Shown: positions 63,271 through 64,000 of the stretch, piece after piece
Numbering within the stretch: position 1 is the first letter of the stretch
How the letters are laid out: every line of letters starts with the position of its first letter
From: Paracoccaceae bacterium
GTDB lineage: Bacteria > Pseudomonadota > Alphaproteobacteria > Rhodobacterales > Rhodobacteraceae
Assembly (NCBI GenBank): GCA_041397385.1
Contig: JAWKWW010000009.1
Coordinates: forward strand, 52,016-116,015
Length of the DNA: 64,000 nucleotides
Direction: 5' to 3'
Notes under the pieces: generated by a model
Seen by the model: only the letters and a program-made list of their open reading frames with translations
The model's database searches: none
Told to the model about the DNA's origin: nothing
Made by a program: the position numbers and the translations under genes

Positions 63271-64000
63271 TCAGACGGTGTAATCGGTGTGATCGGCGAT
63301 CGAATGGACGACACCGCTGCTTTCCGTGCCGTGGTAGATGCCGAAACTGCCGTGGCGGTATTCGCGCTGATAGCGCGCCAGCATCGCGCGTTCGGCGCTG
63401 CTGGCGATCTGTTCCAGCGGCAGGGTAGCCAGATCGTGATAGCGCATGGCGCGCGGCGCGGCGCCGCTGACCGTGCCGTGATAGACGATTGAATGCGCGC
63501 CGGTCTGGCTGTTTTGGAAAACCGCGTAAAGATGGTCGAGCCGGGGGACGAGGCCGCGGTCGCTCAGGTGCCGGACAAAGCCCGCGACGGTGTTGTCCTG
63601 CGCCGGCGCCTTGGGCACCGCGAGGCTGCCGTCCGGGCCGTCCTCCAGCAGGATCCTGTCGCCATCGGCGAGGACCGCGGCGATGACAGCGTTTGCGTCC
63701 TTCGTCGCCGCCTCGGCCAGCCGGTTCTCCAGCCCGAGGTCGAAATAGGCGCCGTTGAAAAAGCCCAGCGGCTTGCCCTCGTTTCGCTCGTGCGACAGCA
63801 CGCGGCCGATCAGGATGAGGTGATCGCCGGCATCGACCAGCCTGTGGCGGGCGCAGGCGAAACTGGCCAGCGCTCCATCGACAAAGGGCAGGTCGTGTGG
63901 GCCGGGGTGCCAGTCGGTGTTGGCAAACTTCTCGGCCGAGCGCGACGCGAAGAGACCCGAGACCTCTTTCTGCGCGTCCGACAGGATGTTGACGGCGAAA
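63271..64000 (-). CDS. Flavin reductase family protein with C-terminal extension, 5' end outside the window
   Basis: FAVNILS, DAGDHLILIGRV, PLGFFNG. Confidence 0.8.
   Translation of the reverse strand, partial: FAVNILSDAQKEVSGLFASRSAEKFANTDWHPGPHDLPFVDGALASFACARHRLVDAGDHLILIGRVLSHERNEGKPLGFFNGAYFDLGLENRLAEAATKDANAVIAAVLADGDRILLEDGPDGSLAVPKAPAQDNTVAGFVRHLSDRGLVPRLDHLYAVFQNSQTGAHSIVYHGTVSGAAPRAMRYHDLATLPLEQIASSAERAMLARYQREYRHGSFGIYHGTESSGVVHSIADHTDYTV

Noticed and set aside
1-64000. CRISPR array, rRNA, retron or reverse transcriptase
   Set aside because: No regularly spaced repeats, cas genes, rRNA signatures or RT motifs were seen.

Overview
GC-rich alphaproteobacterial (Rhodobacteraceae-like) accessory region. 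1-5.5 kb: phage-satellite-like module (SF2 helicase-like gene, ParB-DNA methyltransferase, two different terminase small subunits, serine recombinase; no large terminase or capsid visible). 5.5-8.3 kb: cargo site with a DprA + phosphoribosyltransferase pair (ShosTA/DprA-PRTase-like putative anti-phage module) preceded by a perfect alphaproteobacterial LexA box. 8.4-11.7 kb: prophage tail remnant with a G/GT-type -1 frameshift, cut by an IS3. 13.2-20.4 kb: redox-stress island (AraC, AhpD, cytochrome P460, YHS, GST, VOC, UDG) whose three promoter regions share an operator-like motif. 20.5-25.4 kb: element end, DUF3883 gene, carbonic anhydrase/NmrA/TetR, IS debris. 25.4-64 kb: catabolic and transport operons (peptide ABC + amidase, TRAP + C-N hydrolase, GcvT-family dehydrogenase, ROK/YhfX sugar ABC, betaine-type ABC split by IS1380, CuyA/DcyD-like lyase). 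Frameshifts are dense at 25-34 kb and 55-62 kb, and 51.4-55.0 kb looks like a sequencing/assembly artefact. All calls come from motif recognition by eye; no database searches were run.
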